From the NCBI GenBank assembly GCA_037142195.1, contig JBAXBA010000001.1, positions 178,345 through 242,344 on the forward strand: 64,000 nucleotides of DNA, read 5' to 3'. Of the stretch, positions 32,001-40,756 are shown piece after piece. The first letter of the stretch is position 1. Each line of letters opens with the position of its first letter. Source of the stretch: Pseudomonadota bacterium. GTDB lineage: Bacteria > Bdellovibrionota_B > Oligoflexia > Oligoflexales > CAIMVM01. The notes under the pieces were generated by a model, which saw nothing but the letters and a program-made list of their open reading frames with translations, did no database searches and was not told where the DNA came from. The translations under genes were made by a program, and so were the position numbers.

Positions 32001-32984
32001 ATGAAAAAGCCAGTCCACGTTGCAGTTACAGGTGCCGCCGGTCAAATTGGTTATAGCCTCCTATTCAGATTAGCGTCTGGAGAGGTATTTGGTGAAGACA
32101 CCCCGGTACATCTCCATATGTTAGAGCTTCCTCAAGCAATCAAGGCTGCGGAAGGTACCGCCATGGAGCTCGAAGATTGTGCGTTTAAGACTCTTGCAGG
32201 GATTCATATCCATGACAATGCTGAAGCGGCATTTAATGGAATTCATTGGGCGCTGCTTGTAGGTTCCATGCCGAGGGGCCCAGGAATGGAACGAAATGAT
32301 TTGATTCGGGCAAATGGACCGATTTTTGTAGGACAGGGAAAAGCTCTCAATCGCGCTGCCAGTGATGTCAGAGTTGTGGTCGTAGGGAACCCTTGCAACA
32401 CGAATGCCCTCATTGCTCAACACAACTGTAAAGACATTCCCCCTACCCGCTTTTCAGCCATGACGGCACTCGATGAAAATCGAGCCAAATGGCAAGTAGC
32501 CGCCAAAGCAAAAGTGGGAGTGGGTCAAGTTACAAATATGGCTATTTGGGGAAATCATTCCTCTACCATGGTCCCTGATTTTGAAAACGCCCTTATTGAT
32601 GGCAAGCCTCTTACGAGCGTTTTAACGGATCGCAAGTGGCTAGAAACTGATTTCTTTACTACGGTTCAAAAACGTGGAGCTGCCATCATCGATGCACGCG
32701 GCAAGTCATCAGCCGCTTCCGCCGCTTCCGCTGCCATTGATCACGTCAAGAACCTCCTAAATCCAACCAAGCCAGGAGACTTCTTTTCCGCTGCTGTGCC
32801 GTCTAATGGCAAGCACTATGGAATACCCTCAGGTCTTATGTTCTCTCTTCCTCTTCGCTCTAATGGCAAGGATTGGGAGGTGGTTGAGGGCATTAAACTT
32901 TCTGACTTCACCAAAGCGAAGATTAAATTGACTACCGACGAGCTTCTGGCCGAACGTGAAGTGGTTAAAGAGCTTTTAGGCTAA
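32001..32984 (+). CDS. mdh: Malate dehydrogenase (type 2, cytosolic-like)
   Basis: [47 protein letters not shown]. Confidence 0.98.
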   Translation: MKKPVHVAVTGAAGQIGYSLLFRLASGEVFGEDTPVHLHMLELPQAIKAAEGTAMELEDCAFKTLAGIHIHDNAEAAFNGIHWALLVGSMPRGPGMERNDLIRANGPIFVGQGKALNRAASDVRVVVVGNPCNTNALIAQHNCKDIPPTRFSAMTALDENRAKWQVAAKAKVGVGQVTNMAIWGNHSSTMVPDFENALIDGKPLTSVLTDRKWLETDFFTTVQKRGAAIIDARGKSSAASAASAAIDHVKNLLNPTKPGDFFSAAVPSNGKHYGIPSGLMFSLPLRSNGKDWEVVEGIKLSDFTKAKIKLTTDELLAEREVVKELLG

Positions 32985-32993
32985 GTAAGATTG

Positions 32994-33017
32994 AAGGCGG
33001 CACTAAGCCGCCTTTTT
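32994..33017 (+). terminator. Rho-independent terminator after mdh
   Basis: AAGGCGGC-actaa-GCCGCCTT followed by a T run. Confidence 0.85.
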
Positions 33018-33092
33018 GATACCAGAATGCATTTGTGTTTTTGACGCTCTATTCAGAGAGATAAAATACGGTATACTTAATAGGAGTCGACT

Positions 33093-33617
33093 TTGCTAAG
33101 GAGCCAACCTCTGTTAAAAACTATTTTCATTCTATTAATCTCCGGATGCGCCCAATTTAAGGGGCTTCTTTCTGGCGGAAATGAGTCACTAGATCAGCCC
33201 ACGAGTGTCAAATCAAGTGAGGCCAAAGAGCCACAAGATGTGCATTCTGTTAAAGTAGTGGATGAAGTCACTTTTATGATTCCATCCGAGAAAACTAAAG
33301 TTTGGAATGCCCTATTGGACGTATTAGGGAAGAACTACAATATCCTGGTTCTTGATGAGAAATCAGGAGTCATCTCTACCGACTGGGATAGCTTCTATTT
33401 AGAAGGGCAAACCCTTAGAAACAAAGTGAGTGTTCGGGTCTCCCAGCAGGATGAAGGGACTACGAAAGTCTTATTGGCCAACAATGAAGAAGTGCTCAAA
33501 GAAAAAGCAAGCAACTCTGGCTATATCTGGCTGCCTTCAGGCGAGAAAAAAGCTGAAATAAAACGGATTGTTAAAAATACCGCTACCATTCTTGGGCATA
33601 TCGTACCCGAGATGTAA
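33093..33617 (+). CDS. Lipoprotein, BamC/NlpB-like domain
   Basis: Lipobox ISGC; VWNALLDVL...DEKSGVISTDW resembles the BamC-type helix-grip motif. Confidence 0.6.
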   Translation: MLRSQPLLKTIFILLISGCAQFKGLLSGGNESLDQPTSVKSSEAKEPQDVHSVKVVDEVTFMIPSEKTKVWNALLDVLGKNYNILVLDEKSGVISTDWDSFYLEGQTLRNKVSVRVSQQDEGTTKVLLANNEEVLKEKASNSGYIWLPSGEKKAEIKRIVKNTATILGHIVPEM

Positions 33618-33691
33618 CAGCAGATATTGAGTGCTTGCCTAGAGCGACATTTGCTGCTAGTTTTTCGCCTGGTTCCCATTGGTGCCGATGT

Positions 33692-33781
33692 GGAGGAATG
33701 GCCGAGTGGCTGAAGGCGGCGGTCTTGAAAACCGTTATAGGCGTAAGCTTATCGGGGGTTCGAATCCCTCTTCCTCCGCCA
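33692..33781 (+). tRNA. tRNA-Ser (anticodon UGA)
   Basis: GGAGGAA/TTCCTCC acceptor, anticodon arm GCGGT-CT-TGA-AA-ACCGT, long variable arm, GTTCGAATC, G-CCA end. Confidence 0.97.
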
Positions 33782-33813
33782 GCAGCACCAAAAAGAATCG
33801 ATCATAAGGGTTA

Positions 33814-33903
33814 GGAAAGGTGGCTGAGTGGCCGAAAGCACATCCTTGCTAAGGATGCGTACGGGTAACTGTACCGAGGGTTCGAATCCCTCCCTTTCCG
33901 CCA
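33814..33903 (+). tRNA. tRNA-Ser (anticodon GCU)
   Basis: GGAAAGG/CCTTTCC acceptor, CATCC-TT-GCT-AA-GGATG, long variable arm, GTTCGAATC, G-CCA end. Confidence 0.97.
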
Positions 33904-34409
33904 ACCTGGTTTCCCTCGAAGAGCAAATAAGCTCATTCCCAACCTGAGACCAAAAATGGCATTTTCAATCCCGTCATAATTTTTCCAAAGCTTCTTTAAA
34001 AATACCTTGCTTTTGCTCAAGTCCTTTTCACGGGAGCCCATTGTCACTTGTGGTAGCAAGTATTTCCGCGAGATGTTTTTAATAAGCGCTAATCCCGCAG
34101 AGATGAAATAGCCAATCAAAAACAGATGCTACTTGATCACTTTTCTTCTAACTGTGAATCATTACAGGGGCAGCGAAAGGTGTGAACGTGGATTTAAGGA
34201 AGCTATGTTTTCTGTCATTTCTGCAAAGGAGGATAGAAAGAAATCGCACAAGAACATAAAAATCTCGCTACATGAACCTCCAGCCATGTACAAGTTTGTG
34301 TGAGTTTCATGTAGCGTAAATCTATAGATCTCAAGAGCCAAACTCAAAAGTCTCTGAGTCCGACCGCGGTGGCAGTATAAACCAGCAACTTAATTAAATC
34401 GCGAGGCCT

Positions 34410-34443
34410 AAAAAACCCGCTATGCAGGGTTGCGCAGCGGGTT
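34410..34443 (-). terminator. Rho-independent terminator for the membrane protein gene
   Basis: Minus strand AACCCGCT...AGCGGGTT followed by a T run. Confidence 0.75.
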
Positions 34444-34513
34444 CAAGGGGATCTAAATGTAGTCACTGGCATTTGAGGGAAATTGTAAAATGCCTGATGA
34501 CTGACATTTCCAA

Positions 34514-35665
34514 TTAAACTTCCGAAGCCTTCATGTGGGACTGCTTGAGCCCGAGGTAGGATTGTAGCTCCTGTTGTTGGCTTGGACGCCAAATTTTTTG
34601 ATCCAGATAAAAATGGTGGCCTATAATTCCTAAAAATAGGCAGTACGCCCAAGTAGAGGCAGTGCTTGGCGTATAGTTTCCGAAAGCGGAAGGCCAATCT
34701 CCAAGATTCCAAACGATGCCCGCAAAAATCCCACCAAAAAAGAGCGCTACAACGCTATAGCGAAGGAAGCTGCCCCCCACCCATTTTGCTAATCCATAGT
34801 CGTCTGATTGAGATCTTCCTTCCCCATAACGCTTATGGGAGTAGTGCCACACGATGGCGTGATACTGAATATTGTGAAAAAGAGAATTCATAATGGCAAT
34901 GACCATGAAAGCCTGAGCTCCATTCGCGGCGGCACTATAAAACGGCTCTAAAGGGGCAACGACATAGAACATCACGGAATAAAAAATCAAGCATACCATC
35001 CCATAAAGAAAAGGCACATTGCCGCCGTTTTTATTTGCGAACGGTTTTGATTTTAGATAAGTGGCAATTAAATACAGAAGAGTTATGGCCGTCGCAATTT
35101 TGGGCGCATAGTTAAAAAAGAAGCCCAAAGCAGGATCCATAGCCTCTTTCTTGGGAAAAGAAGGAAATACAGACTGAAATTTAAGATTTATGAGAAAGAA
35201 GACTTGAGGTGCAATCACAGCGGCAAAAATACCGAACCTAAATCGGTCTTTAATGGAGCTTGGTAAGCCGGACTTGTTGCTGTAGATACTCATAAAGCCA
35301 AAGTGCTGGCGAGCATTGTGGTAGAGACTCCAGAGGAAAATAAAAAATCCATATAATTCCATATAATGAGACCCAGAATTTTGATGATCTAAAAGAACCA
35401 TTAAAATAGGAAATAGGAAGAATACTAGGCTCCATGTGAGAAAACCAGGATTCTGTCTTCTAAAATCTCTATCGATATAGGTACGACTAAAAGTAGCCCA
35501 AAAATGCGATCCTTCAAAAAGAACCAGCCAGGCCCATAGGAATAAGGGGATAAGAGCGGGAAAGCTTATTCCAGCCAATGGCACGAGAAGAGTGAGTAGA
35601 GCTCCTCCCATAATAAAGGCGAGATCATACTGACGACTGCGCACCCAAATCGAACCACTATTCAT
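34514..35665 (-). CDS. Polytopic membrane protein with several His motifs, function unknown
   Basis: About 9-10 hydrophobic segments; motifs SHFWAT, YHNARQHFG, FHNIQYH, GHHFYLDQKIWR; GGAG RBS before ATG 35665. Confidence 0.85.
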   Translation of the reverse strand: MNSGSIWVRSRQYDLAFIMGGALLTLLVPLAGISFPALIPLFLWAWLVLFEGSHFWATFSRTYIDRDFRRQNPGFLTWSLVFFLFPILMVLLDHQNSGSHYMELYGFFIFLWSLYHNARQHFGFMSIYSNKSGLPSSIKDRFRFGIFAAVIAPQVFFLINLKFQSVFPSFPKKEAMDPALGFFFNYAPKIATAITLLYLIATYLKSKPFANKNGGNVPFLYGMVCLIFYSVMFYVVAPLEPFYSAAANGAQAFMVIAIMNSLFHNIQYHAIVWHYSHKRYGEGRSQSDDYGLAKWVGGSFLRYSVVALFFGGIFAGIVWNLGDWPSAFGNYTPSTASTWAYCLFLGIIGHHFYLDQKIWRPSQQQELQSYLGLKQSHMKASEV

Positions 35666-35696
35666 AGAGAAATCTCCATAGACAATCAAAACCGTT

Positions 35697-35724
35697 TAAC
35701 ATGTGAACAACTATTGACATGTTA
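35697..35724. promoter_or_regulatory. Palindromic operator overlapping a putative sigma70 -10
   Basis: TAACATGTGAA-caacta-TTGACATGTTA (11-bp arms, 1 mismatch); minus strand TTGCAA-N16-TAACAT overlaps one arm. Confidence 0.65.
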
Positions 35725-36066
35725 GCGAAGGTTTCCTTCTTTGCAAGTAGAAGAATCCATTAATTGATAAAATAAAGAGGGAATTTTTTTGGAAACTTTC
35801 TCAAACAAGTCGAAATTTAGAAAGAAAAAAGCCTGCTTTGCTTAAGTGTTCAGCATTTCAGAGTCTTCCCCGATCAAGGTCGCTAAGGAAAGCATTCCCA
35901 TAAAGGAATCTTTAAAAAGATATCATTTCCATTTGAAAATACAAAATAAACGAAAAGATAAACATCCTAATTCTATAGACACGAGATGAAGTTGTCAGTC
36001 TGACTTGCTAAAATAGAATCAAACAAGCTCCCATTAAAAAGCCCTGAACTCTACGAAGGTGCCCAC

Positions 36067-36861
36067 ATGACTGACTTCAAGAATAACGTTTTGTCATTTC
36101 TTTCTCTGATCCTGATATCGGTCAGTTGCTCGCAGGGCTGTGTAAATAACAATCAGGGCGAGCCATCCGCCCGCTCCGAGGGGTATACAGAAGCGCCTTT
36201 GAGGGAGCGAAGTCTTCCGCTGGCTAAGGAGCTCATAGGCCTCACCACACCTGAGGGAGAGAGCTTGGCATATACCGCCGATGCGAGGGCAGATCTTCTG
36301 CCGCTTCTGTCTTTCTTTCAATGGCAACAAACAACAACTTTCTGTGGGATTGCAAGCGCAGTCACAGTGCTAAACGCCCTTAAAATTTCAGCTCCGTTGG
36401 TCGCTCAGTACAACTATCAAGTTTTTACGCAAGACAATTTCTTCCAACCAACAGATCGCAAAATGGCAAGTCGTGAAGAGGTTCAAAAAAATGGGCTGAC
36501 GCTTTCCCAGTTGGGTGCGCTACTGTCTTCTCATGGTGCCAAAGTCCACGTCTACCCTTCTAACATCACCTCAAGGGAACAATTTAAATCCATAGCCATT
36601 GAAAATCTTAAAAATAAAAATGATTCCATAATAGTGAATTACAATCGAAAGAGCGCATTTCAAGAGGGAGGCGGACATCACTCTCCCTTGGCAGCATACC
36701 ATTCTAAAGCAGATCGATTTTTAATTTTAGATGTAGCACAACACAAATATGAGCCTGTCTGGATTCGCTCAGAAGATCTCTGGAACGCCATGCATACCAC
36801 CGATAGCACTGACCCAAATATTTGGCGAGGGTTTTTGACTGTTGCTCGAAATGATCTGTAA
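36067..36861 (+). CDS. Phytochelatin synthase-family (papain-like glutathione peptidase/transpeptidase) lipoprotein
   Basis: QQTTTFCGIASAVTVLNAL (Cys), GGGHHSPLAAYH (His), FLILDVA (Asp); hydrophobic leader ending ISVSC. Confidence 0.92.
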   Translation: MTDFKNNVLSFLSLILISVSCSQGCVNNNQGEPSARSEGYTEAPLRERSLPLAKELIGLTTPEGESLAYTADARADLLPLLSFFQWQQTTTFCGIASAVTVLNALKISAPLVAQYNYQVFTQDNFFQPTDRKMASREEVQKNGLTLSQLGALLSSHGAKVHVYPSNITSREQFKSIAIENLKNKNDSIIVNYNRKSAFQEGGGHHSPLAAYHSKADRFLILDVAQHKYEPVWIRSEDLWNAMHTTDSTDPNIWRGFLTVARNDL

Positions 36862-37358
36862 CTCAAAAACCGCAACTTGAAAACCTATTCTAGGCCGTAT
36901 CCATATACGGCGTAAGTCCACAAGATTCCTATCTGTCTCTAGGACACCAACAAACGAAAGTGGCGGTCAATAGCGCCGAACCTTCTAGGGCCATCTTTGA
37001 GAAGGTGTCTTAGAATGTGAGGTGCCCTGTAAGGCACTAGATCCCATTAAATAGCAGCAACATCACAATTAAATGCGGGATTCTAGTCCCAAAAACAATG
37101 TGGTAACGCATTCGTTGTGGCTTGAAGCTTTTTTTAAGTGAGCGTTGACCACCGGTCATAGACGACAAAGTAGCTATTGGTAATTTCGCTAAGGAAGCCT
37201 TTACTCACCTAAAGAAAGACTTTCGAAAATCATTTTCGCAGATCTTGCACAACGCCAACACTCGGTCTTGCGGCACATCTTTGCGACTGAGCGACGCAAC
37301 CAAGATCAAGAAAAAAGCAGCAATCTCATGGTGCCCAGGCGTCATCTACAATTTGGAC

Positions 37359-37385
37359 AAAAAAAGACCCCATAAATGATGGGGC
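37359..37385 (-). terminator. Rho-independent terminator of an unannotated minus-strand transcript
   Basis: Minus strand GCCCCAT-cattt-ATGGGGT-C-TTTTTTT. Confidence 0.6.
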
Positions 37386-37936
37386 AAATTAAAAAGAATT
37401 GGGATTTGTTAGAAAGCCGTCTTGAGCATTCCCTTGGACTTGAAAATTAGAGGATCTGTTTTCTATGACTCGGTCGTGCAAAAATCGGGCGAGAGAAGGG
37501 AAGCCTAGAAAGGAGAGATTTGACAGTCGAATAGAAAATCAGATGCTTACTTTGCTTAAGAGATCTGACGCGGGCGGCAGAAATGATTTCCAGTTCATGG
37601 CGAACCATTTTTCTTTTTGCATGAAGCTCTACATGGCCTAGATGATACATAAACTCTCTCGTTTTTGCGGGTTTCACTGAAAAAGGCAGACTCGTATCAT
37701 AGGCCAGGCGGCCCGTCAAGGCCAAAACGGCAGGCCTAAGGGCGCTTTCAGCATGCCTTTGCGTTTCTTGTAAACCTTTAGAATGTATGTCGAATCAGCT
37801 CTTTTTGTCAAGCGCAGAGGTTTTTTTAGAAGTTAACCTTTCAGCCTCTAGGGGGTGCAAATCAAATGGTCCGTTCTAAAAAGGAGAGAGTATTATTGAT
37901 TTCTAGGAAGCTTGAAGAATATTTTGCAGAATGTAG

Positions 37937-37965
37937 TTGCGCGGTGCATTTTAGTTGGCTATAAA
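37937..37965 (+). promoter_or_regulatory. Putative sigma70 promoter for tRNA-Arg
   Basis: TTGCGC-N17-TATAAA followed by a GC-rich discriminator-like sequence. Confidence 0.5.
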
Positions 37966-38019
37966 CCGTTCTGCGCCGGCCCTAGCTGCCGTGCCATGTG
38001 TGAAATGGTCCTTAAATAC

Positions 38020-38096
38020 GCGCTCGTAGTTCAGCTGGATAGAATATCAGACTACGAATCTGGGGGTCGGAGGTTCGAATCCTTCCGAGCGCGCCA
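38020..38096 (+). tRNA. tRNA-Arg (anticodon ACG)
   Basis: GCGCTCG/CGAGCGC acceptor, TCAGA-CT-ACG-AA-TCTGG, GTTCGAATC, CCA end; 77 nt. Confidence 0.97.
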
Positions 38097-38405
38097 TTTT
38101 TCCTTTCCATCACAACATCAGCCTTAATTTTCCCTTAAAATAAAATGACCGCCCCGGGCTTGATCAAGTGAAACTGATATTGGTTGAAACGGATTGCTGT
38201 TATTCTTAAAAAATCACTTCCCATTGTTTTTGGGGCCGAGTATCCAGTTGATGCTTTCGAGTGTACAAGGCTAAAAAGTCACAAACCACCCAGCCGTAAA
38301 CCCTAACGTTCTATTACAATCCATTCGGTTTGCCGCTACTTAGGAAACGGATTCGCTCCTATCCAAGAACTAGGAGTTCTTAGCGAGGTCTCCCATCTTG
38401 ATTCC

Positions 38406-38813
38406 TTAATTTGATAGTTCCGTTCGGTCGCTACTAGCCGCAATTTTGATAAAGTCCGCAGATGTGATGATTCCCAAGACTTCTCCCGAGGCGTCCGTTA
38501 CAGGAACCGCATCAATCCGCCGATGCAGCATGATTTCCGCAATATCATGCATTTGATGGTTCGGATGGCAGGTCACCAATTCGGTGGTCATGGCCAAGCC
38601 CACGTTAATTTCAGGAACATTGATAAAACCACCAACGTATACAGCGCGGAGAAGGATGTCCCTTTCAGATAGGAGTCCCACAAGTTGGTTGGGGCTCTCT
38701 ACAACGAGAAGGTGGCGAATTTTTTGTTCGCACATGATTTCATAAGCTTTATTTAAACTGTCGTTAGGACCTACACAAGTAACGTCTCTCGTCATAAAGT
38801 TTTTGATTTTCAT
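38406..38813 (-). CDS. Stand-alone CBS-pair protein
   Basis: FMTRDVTCV, IRHLLVV, LVGLLSERD, AVPVTD, LGIITSAD; AAGGAG RBS before ATG 38813. Confidence 0.92.
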   Translation of the reverse strand: MKIKNFMTRDVTCVGPNDSLNKAYEIMCEQKIRHLLVVESPNQLVGLLSERDILLRAVYVGGFINVPEINVGLAMTTELVTCHPNHQMHDIAEIMLHRRIDAVPVTDASGEVLGIITSADFIKIAASSDRTELSN

Positions 38814-38845
38814 GATAACTCCTTGCAAGGTAGGTTCTAGGGAAC

Positions 38846-38861
38846 TGCAATCTAAGTGCCA
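38846..38861 (-). promoter_or_regulatory. Sigma54 promoter for the CBS gene
   Basis: Minus strand TGGCACTTAGATTGCA, a near-perfect match to TGGCAC-N5-TTGCA. Confidence 0.8.
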
Positions 38862-38928
38862 CCTCAGAGCCTGGCCTCATTTTTGCTGTTTAGTAAAGGG
38901 CTGTTCCTGACTCGGAGGACATTGCAGC

Positions 38929-39684
38929 ATGAATATCGCGGCTGATCTGGCCGAAGAGGTTCAGAATTTGAAGGTTGCCATTCATGGCCTCATTGCTAAG
39001 TCCGGCGATAGAATAGAAAATCTTCATCAAGTTAGAGTATGTGCTAGGCAATTGAGAGCCTTTTGTTGGGTCCTTCGTCATGACTACAAGACCTCCCAGA
39101 TTCAAAACCTGAAGTCAATAGCGGTTCATATGAAGCAATTGGGAGCCGCTCTGAGCTATGGACGAGAGTTAGATGTGAGTTTGGAGTGGGCCGAGAAACA
39201 TCACCTTAACACAAAACCTATCCAAGCTTTGCGTGAGCAGGAAGGCAAAAAGATTCGTGTCTTTTTGTCACTCTTTCTGTCTCGGCGGGGACCAAAAATT
39301 TTGAGTCGACTTGAGACGCTGACAGATCTACTGGCCCAGAAGAGCCCCCTTCTCGTCCCTAAGCCTGCAGATCATGTGCTTCGAAAGCTCCTCCTTAAGT
39401 GCCAAAAGTCACAACCCAAGAGCAAAAAAGACTTTCATCGCCTTCGCATTTCTATCAGGAATTTAGTCTACATTTTTAAAGCGCGACGTGAGGATTGTCC
39501 CTCTAATATTGGAAGATTCCAAAAGCAACTAGGACAGCTTCATGACTTCGAGTCATTTAAAAAACTAAATATATCCATCCACTCCCTAAAATCCCTAAAA
39601 AAAAAGCGCCATAGGCTAAAAAAGAAGATCCATAAGAAGTATCCAGGCGTTATGAATTCTTTATCAAAAACCATAAGAAACTAA
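38929..39684 (+). CDS. CHAD-domain protein (polyphosphate-binding family)
   Basis: LHQVRVCARQLRA, RELDV, FHRLRISIRNLVY, QKQLGQLHD; very basic. Confidence 0.85.
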   Translation: MNIAADLAEEVQNLKVAIHGLIAKSGDRIENLHQVRVCARQLRAFCWVLRHDYKTSQIQNLKSIAVHMKQLGAALSYGRELDVSLEWAEKHHLNTKPIQALREQEGKKIRVFLSLFLSRRGPKILSRLETLTDLLAQKSPLLVPKPADHVLRKLLLKCQKSQPKSKKDFHRLRISIRNLVYIFKARREDCPSNIGRFQKQLGQLHDFESFKKLNISIHSLKSLKKKRHRLKKKIHKKYPGVMNSLSKTIRN

Positions 39685-39947
39685 AAGAAACCTAACTCAT
39701 GACGCTGCTTAAAACATTTCGAGGTGTTTCTCCTTTTCCTAGAGAAGGCGACCTATAGTGGGCGTCCCAAATCTTTTTGGAATCCCACGGAGGACTGTTA
39801 GGACTAAACTCGAGTTTTTAAGCTTCCTAAAAGCAGGACTTGGGAAATCGGGAGTGAGATGGAAAGAGAGAATTCGCAGGCAAAATTCCTGACTTGGGTA
39901 TCCAGCTGTCAAATAAGGGAACAGAGGGGTTCGATCGAACTCTTAAA

Positions 39948-39980
39948 AATCAGATGGTTAGCATAGGCATAGAGATTGCT
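39948..39980 (+). promoter_or_regulatory. IHF-like site plus sigma54 promoter
   Basis: AATCAGATGGTTA (WATCARNNNNTTR) at 39948-39960, then AGGCATAGAGATTGCT (GG-N10-GC) at 39965-39980. Confidence 0.7.
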
Positions 39981-40034
39981 TTAAGGACAGGCAGAGCCTC
40001 ACTTTCGAGGCCAACTGTTTAAAATGAGGTTCAC

Positions 40035-40526
40035 ATGAAACTATTTACTGCGGCACTAGCGTCTGCTTTTTTCGGAATTTCTTGCGGAAAAGCAAATGTG
40101 GAAAGCGCTCTAGATTCCTCTCACGCGGGAGACGCAAGCAAGTCAGCTTCTGGGGTGTCTTCTAGTCTTTCCGCAAGTTGCTTTGTCACCAGCCAAAAAG
40201 GAAATTCCCTAATCACGGAAAAGGCTTCTTTTGAGGTTAAAGATGCTCATCAATTTAAGCTTGTTTATACATTCACAGTGGAGACGCAAGGCGAGAAGAA
40301 GCTTGGCCGTCAGGAAATCACCGGTGTTCTCGATAGGGACTTTAATAGTGTATTCGAGCCCAGATTGACCTACTTTCTACTTTCTAGCGGCGAGTTCAAG
40401 TCTCACTTTGATGCTAAAGTGACCGAGCGTCATTTAGCTAAAACGGAGGTTTTACTTAAAAATGGCCGTCTGATAGTAGAAGAGCATGATATCATTTTGG
40501 ATCTAAAGAGCTGCCAAGTTCACTAA
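40035..40526 (+). CDS. Hypothetical lipoprotein
   Basis: GAGG RBS; leader ending GISC. Confidence 0.75.
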   Translation: MKLFTAALASAFFGISCGKANVESALDSSHAGDASKSASGVSSSLSASCFVTSQKGNSLITEKASFEVKDAHQFKLVYTFTVETQGEKKLGRQEITGVLDRDFNSVFEPRLTYFLLSSGEFKSHFDAKVTERHLAKTEVLLKNGRLIVEEHDIILDLKSCQVH

Positions 40527-40670
40527 GTTTTTTTGGGTTCCGTGGCGATCTGGCACCCTGGACTTTTTGAGTCTTCGCAATCACAAAAGCCAACCCCAAT
40601 AGATACCAATTGTATTAAATATCATCGACTTCCGTCCTTGTTCGCGGATGTTAGAGCAAGATTCTTAAAC

Positions 40671-40716
40671 AAAAAGCGTCTATAGGCCCGTTTCACCGAG
40701 CCCATAGACACTTTTT
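40671..40716 (-). terminator. Long-stem terminator downstream of the 898-aa lipoprotein gene
   Basis: Minus strand AGTGTCTATGGGCTCG-gtgaaa-CGGGCCTATAGACGCT-TTTT; 16-bp stem with G-U pairs. Confidence 0.75.
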
Positions 40717-40756
40717 ATTTAAAGATCTGTCATTGAAGATTCAAAAGCAGGCTTTC

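Noticed and set aside
33811..34119. 102-aa minus-strand ORF
   Set aside because: Runs antisense through tRNA-Ser (WRKGRDSNPR is the typical tRNA shadow translation).
34162..34512. Short ORFs downstream of the His-rich membrane protein as possible RiPP precursors
   Set aside because: The 14-aa ORF (MSVIRHFTISLKCQ) and the 61-aa ORF have no leader/core pattern and no modifying enzymes or transporter nearby; the 61-aa ORF lies beyond the terminator.
33904..38019. Active integrative element at tRNA-Ser
   Set aside because: No integrase or transposase, and no duplicated tRNA 3' end (att site) found.
37912..38127. 71-aa plus-strand ORF
   Set aside because: Overlaps tRNA-Arg; shadow ORF.
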